Shown here in pieces: positions 59,358 through 64,000 of a DNA stretch of 64,000 nucleotides. Location of the stretch: IMG/VR virus record IMGVR_UViG_3300040786_000062; one strand, written 5' to 3'. The notes beneath the pieces were generated by a model. The model was not told the origin of the DNA and searched no databases. It was given only the letters and a program-made list of their open reading frames with translations. Origin of the DNA: a virus. Numbering within the stretch: the stretch's first letter is position 1; each line of letters starts with the position of its first letter. Position numbers and translations under genes: made by a program.

Positions 59358-59642
59358 TTAGTTTTTCTGTAAAAAAAATAATATTTCTTCTATATTCTCT
59401 TTATTAAATCCTTCTGGTAAAGGACTGCCTCCTGATTTTAAATAATCTCCATATAATTGAACATATTCATCTTCGGTATATATCCGATTACCTAACTCAC
59501 TATAAATAACATTAGTGTCTGAATTATTTATTGTTTTATTTTGAAGACCAGTCTCACCGTATGCAGGACCCATAGGACCTACAAGTTCTGTTCCGCTAAT
59601 TTCTTCATTTATAAAACTTATAAATCCTTTTATATGTATCAT
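59358..59642 (-). CDS. Small acidic protein with capsid-targeting-like N-terminus (MIHIKGFISFINE)
   Basis: Intact 94-aa ORF. Confidence 0.65.
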   Translation of the reverse strand: MIHIKGFISFINEEISGTELVGPMGPAYGETGLQNKTINNSDTNVIYSELGNRIYTEDEYVQLYGDYLKSGGSPLPEGFNKENIEEILFFLQKN

Positions 59643-60158
59643 TTATCAATCATTATTTTTTCAAAGTATTCATCCTGTTCTTGTAGTGAATATTGACTAC
59701 ACTTATTATTATAGATTATATTATATAGAAATTTATCTTGTAAAACATGAATTTCATTGTTTTTCATTAAAATAGATTTATTTTCTATTTTTAATATCTG
59801 CAATCCTATTTTACCATCTCTATCCGATAATCACAAATTACTTTTTTATTACTCTAATAAAAGTAATTTTTTTGTAAGTCAAATTCTTGATAAATACATA
59901 AAGTCTCTATCATCTTCTTCAACAAATTGATTATATAACTCTAAAATTTATTCTCTATCAGAAAGTAATTTCTTAGAAGAAATCTTATCTAAAATTCGGT
60001 TTAATTCAATCTCTTTAAAGATTCACCTAGTAGATAGTACTTTAGTGTCTTTTATACCCATGTCCATAATGATTTCTTTTATAGTTTATATATTATATAT
60101 CGAAAGCGAGTTTAGTTTAGAACTAAAAGGATTTGTATTTTTAATATATATATCACTT

Positions 60159-63100
60159 ATGGATAAACAATTATTAGACGCTCTAGGCAATTTGTCAGAC
60201 GCACTTGAAATCATGGCTGGGGTACTTCAAAATAAGAAGGGAGAAAAATCAAATACAACCACTACGTTAGTGAGTGGTGATTTTTCTAAACAATTAATAG
60301 CAATTAATGATGGAATAACATCATTAAAAGAAGATACACAAGAAATACTTAAGAATCAAGAAACTATATTAAAGATGTCTTCTAAAAAGATGGTGATAAG
60401 ACTGAACTATTCAAAGAAGCCGGTGGTGAGAAAGAGGAAAGTAGTCTTAAAAAGGTGTAGGAACTATACTACTTATAGCAGTTGGTGTATTAGCAATAGG
60501 ATTAGCACTTAAGTTGGTTGGTGATGTAGATTTTCTATCAGTTGTTGGACTAGGTTTATCAATTGTTTTAATATCTGTTGCATTTGAAAGAGTAGCAAAA
60601 TTAAAAATATCCAGCTCAGAAGCAATAAACACGGTTAAGGTAATGGTAGCGATGGCGGCGGCTATAACTATGTCATCTTGATATTACAATTTATAACCCC
60701 TATATCTTTTGCACAAGCAGCAACGATATTAATTGCAGGTTTGTTTACGGTTATATCTTTGGGATGGCTAAGTTAGTAGGAGCATTTAAAGGAAAAGATC
60801 CTAAAGAAGTTGCTATCGCTGCTAATTTTACCAATTATGTTACCAGCAATATCAATTGCAATTGCACTATCATCCTGGGCACTTTATGTACTCCTATATC
60901 ATTAGGACAAGCGATAACATCAATATTAATTGCTGGTATGTTTACGGTTATATCTTTTGATTGTCTAAACTTATAGGAGCATTTAAGGGAAAAGATCCTA
61001 AAGAAGTTGCAATGGCGGCATTGGTTTTACCAATTATGTTACCAGCAATATCAATTGCAATTGCACTATCATCCTGGGCACTTGGGTACGTTACTCCTAT
61101 ATCATTAGGACAGGCAATAACATCTATATTAATTGCAGGTATGTTTACGGTTATATCTTTGGATTGGCTAAACTAGTAGGAGCATTTAAAGGGTTAAGTC
61201 CTGGTGAGGCACTTATTAGCGCAGGACTTATGGTTTTAATATTACCTGCAATGGCACTATCAATTGCGCTATCTTCAAAGGCACTTAGTATGGTCGAGCC
61301 TATTAGTTTTGCACAATTTCTAACATCACTAGGAATTTCTATTTTATTTGTTGCACTTTCATTCTCAGTTAAATTAATATTAGAAGCACTTAAGGAGTAA
61401 ATCCAGCAGTCGCAATAGGAGCTGCTATACTAATACCGATACTCTTCGTGGCATTATCATATGCAATTGCAGAGTCATCTAAGATACTAGCAAATTCAGA
61501 ACCTATACCATTTGATAAATCATTTAAGATATTAGTTTTGGAGGAACTCTTGCACTTTTAGCTATAGGTGTAGGTTTTGCTATAAAACAATTAGGAAAAA
61601 TGACACCGGTACAGTTAGTAACAGGTGGATTGGCAGTAGTTGGTATCGCAGGAGTAATTGCGGTATCATCTCAGTTATTAGCATTAGGAACTTATAAAGA
61701 TGGTGAGTATCCGGGTCTTAAATGGGCATTAGGTGTTGGATTATCATTAGGTGCCTTTGGAACTGCAACATATTTATTAGGAACAGCTGCATTAACTGGA
61801 GGTGGATTAGGTGCGGTTGCATTATTAGCAGGTGCTGTCGCAGTTTTACTTGTTGCAGGAACAATATCAGCAACATCACATATATTAGGCACTGGCGAAT
61901 ATGGTGTGTCTCCAGTTACGAATGGGCATTAGCAACAGGACTTAGTATGGGTGGATTCGGATTAGCAATAATGGGAATTGGTACTTCATAGTAGGATCTC
62001 TTGGTTTAGGAATGCTGGCGCTTGTTGCAGGTACTAAAGGAGTTAAGTTAATAGCAGAATCGATTGTAGATGTTTCATTTATATTGAAAAAAGGAAGTTA
62101 TTCAGGAGGACCTACTAAAAATTGGGCAGAAGGTATAGGATTAGCAATAGCCTCATTCGCACCAGTTTACTCAGCACTTAGTAGTGGTGGATTCTTTAGT
62201 GTAAAGGTTAGTCCTGAGGATATGAGTAAGGGTATATTATCAATATCAGATGGAATAATTACTGCTGCTAATAAATTTAATAGCAGTACTGCGATATTTA
62301 AAAAGCACCTAGTAAGGAATGGGCAGAGGTGTAGGTACCGCAATATCAGCGTTTGCTCTGTATATGCATCACTTAATAGTGGTGGTTTCTGGAGTTTAGG
62401 TAAATCAGTAAGTCCGGAAGATATGGTATCTGGAATAGAATCAATAACTGATGGTATAATATTAGCGGCTGTTAAATTTGCAGATGCAAAGCAACTTTGA
62501 TCCTAAGAATGCTCCTAATGTTGCATGGGGTAAAGGAATAAGTTCTGCATTTAGTGCGTTTTCACCAATATTTGGATTTATAAAGATAATAATGGATGGT
62601 TTTCAAGTGGTGTAGGTAAAGTTCTGTATGTAATTGATTCTGTTGGTAATTCAATAGTAAAACTGCTAAAACCTTATTTAAGGGTAAGGAATTCTTCTCT
62701 AATGTAATTGATCCTAGTTATATGAAAGGTCTTGCTTCAAACGTTATTGATTATGCAAATTTAGCAAAATCTTTAACCGATATAAATGGAGAAGTAGGAC
62801 TTAAATCAATGTTAGATTTGATCCTATATCACAGACTGCAAAAGGTATGGTTAAATTAGCAGGAGCATATGATAAGTTAGCATCATCATTAACAAAATTT
62901 GGTGGAGCTTTACAATCAATTGATGGTGATAAAGTAGATATGATAAGAAGATTAACTGGTAACTTAGCAGTTCTTTCTGCAATGAACTCTCAGGCATTCA
63001 ATAGTATTCTAACTACATTAGAGGATAGATCAAGTGTATTTAGTAAAATATTAGATGGTAACCAGTAGCGGGTGCTACACAGAGAGCAAGCGTGGGTGAT

Positions 63101-63281
63101 AGAACAGCAGATAAAAGAGTCGGTAACACCTGTACTTAAATCTAAAAACGGAACGCTATCTCAGCAACTAGATACAGTTATTGAATTATTAGCTAATATA
63201 AATAATTCAACATCATCTCTAGATGAATATATCGCAGAAGCAACTGGTGGTAAGATAGTAACTACTAGCTTGAAAAATTAA
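60159..63281 (+). CDS. Tape-measure-like protein (Ala/Gly/Leu-rich helical repeats), frameshifted
   Basis: About 1040 aa when joined; coiled-coil N-terminus, long hydrophobic helical repeats, TAATATATA upstream. Confidence 0.75.
60700..61200 (+). repeat. About 200-nt (67-aa) tandem duplication inside the tape-measure-like gene
   Basis: ggagcatttaa recurs at about 60779, 60977 and 61179, with near-identical intervening sequence (GKDPKEVA..AL.LPIMLPAISIAIALSSWAL...TPISLGQAITSILIAGMFTVIS). Confidence 0.9.
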
Positions 63282-64000
63282 TTAATATTAATAAACTAAT
63301 TATATTTTCAAGTATAATATGATATGGGACAAATATCAATTTTAAAGAAAATAAGACTTTTTCTACTTTTAAGAAGACAATAAACTTAACAAAATAGAAC
63401 TTGAACAAACTCTAAATATTAGAGTAGATGATGCATTTAGATTGTACACAGTATTAAATATACCAGAAGAGTTTATCGGTGAGGCATATGATTTAAAAAA
63501 AATCAGACATCGATAGAATATCTGAGGGTTATATTAGAGAGTATACATCTAAATTATCAGGTTTTAAATCAAAAGGACTTTCTGAACTATACACATTTTA
63601 TGAATCTAAAAAAGTAGACAAACATTCTTATTTAATTGTTGTAGGATTTTCAATGTTTAAAACAGATAAATATTATAATAATCTTTATTATAAGGTTATA
63701 CCTTCCAGTAGTGTTGTCTATTATATATTACTTTTTTATTAAATTTTATTAAACTTTTACGCACTAATCAATTATAAACTAAAAATAAAACAAAATATTA
63801 TGACAGATAATTTTTATCTTGTATCAGAAGATACAATTACAGACTTTTCGAGGTTTTGACAAACTTACATTTCCGATCGCAATACAGATTCAATTTGTAG
63901 GTGCTAAAAAACAAAAGCAATTAATTAAAATAACTAAAGTTGCTGATAATCTTGTATTAGCACTTGGTGGCAAAGAATTATTAGTTAGTATTAATGAAGA

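Noticed and set aside
329-61892. Many short opposite-strand ORFs in the track (e.g. 329..553, 4317..4559, 13631..13897, 21415..21603, 27969..28166, 49476..49934, 50625..50981, 61692..61892)
   Set aside because: They lie antisense to well-supported genes and have no motifs or promoter context of their own.
1-64000. Mass pseudogenisation or programmed frameshifting (nearly all long genes are split)
   Set aside because: The breaks are mostly single-base losses in homopolymers and hit essential genes (capsid, portal, thyA, clamp loader) as often as accessory ones. This is the signature of unpolished long-read error, not biology.
1-64000. Stop-codon reassignment (TAG or TGA read-through, as in some large Bacteroidota phages)
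   Set aside because: In the conserved genes I traced, homology resumes in a different frame after each apparent stop rather than in the same frame, and TAG/TGA also occur at plausible true gene ends. A formal test needs the polished sequence.

Overview
This window looks like part of a very AT-rich jumbo myovirus genome with a T4-like core. It carries a major capsid protein, a prohead protease/scaffold, a portal, gp2- and gp4-like head-completion genes, a gp55-like late sigma factor, a gp15-like tail terminator, a gp25-like baseplate subunit, a clamp loader, a probable sliding clamp, a UvsY-like protein, a tape-measure-like protein and long fibre genes. The host is probably a Bacteroidota species: TATATTTG -7 boxes recur, Shine-Dalgarno sites are not evident, and TrxB, the M42 peptidase and RNase R look host-derived. 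Almost every long gene is broken by 1-nt deletions, mostly in homopolymers, which is typical of an unpolished long-read consensus. I therefore stitched genes across frames by hand; coordinates, especially 3' ends, are approximate, and family calls come from motif recognition, not database searches. Main observations: (1) About 20 otherwise unrelated ORFs begin with the same short N-terminal peptide, which resembles the T4 capsid-targeting sequence. Several of them are recognisable enzymes: a Pol-beta nucleotidyltransferase, a HExxH protease, a nicotinamidase-like hydrolase and an NFACT-R domain. This suggests a large packaged and injected enzyme cargo. (2) There is an unannotated tmRNA with a 28-aa tag and an atypical T-loop, and NFACT-R and RNase R lie nearby, giving a candidate phage ribosome-rescue set. 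(3) The protease/scaffold carries ten tandem copies of a predicted self-cleavage motif. (4) Other notable genes are a 2H phosphoesterase, a NADAR next to a Dam-like methylase, and a small family-A/TV-Pol-like polymerase. (5) Three promoter classes can be read directly from the sequence, including a 32-bp bidirectional cassette that occurs twice. No CRISPR array, tRNA or rRNA gene was found.
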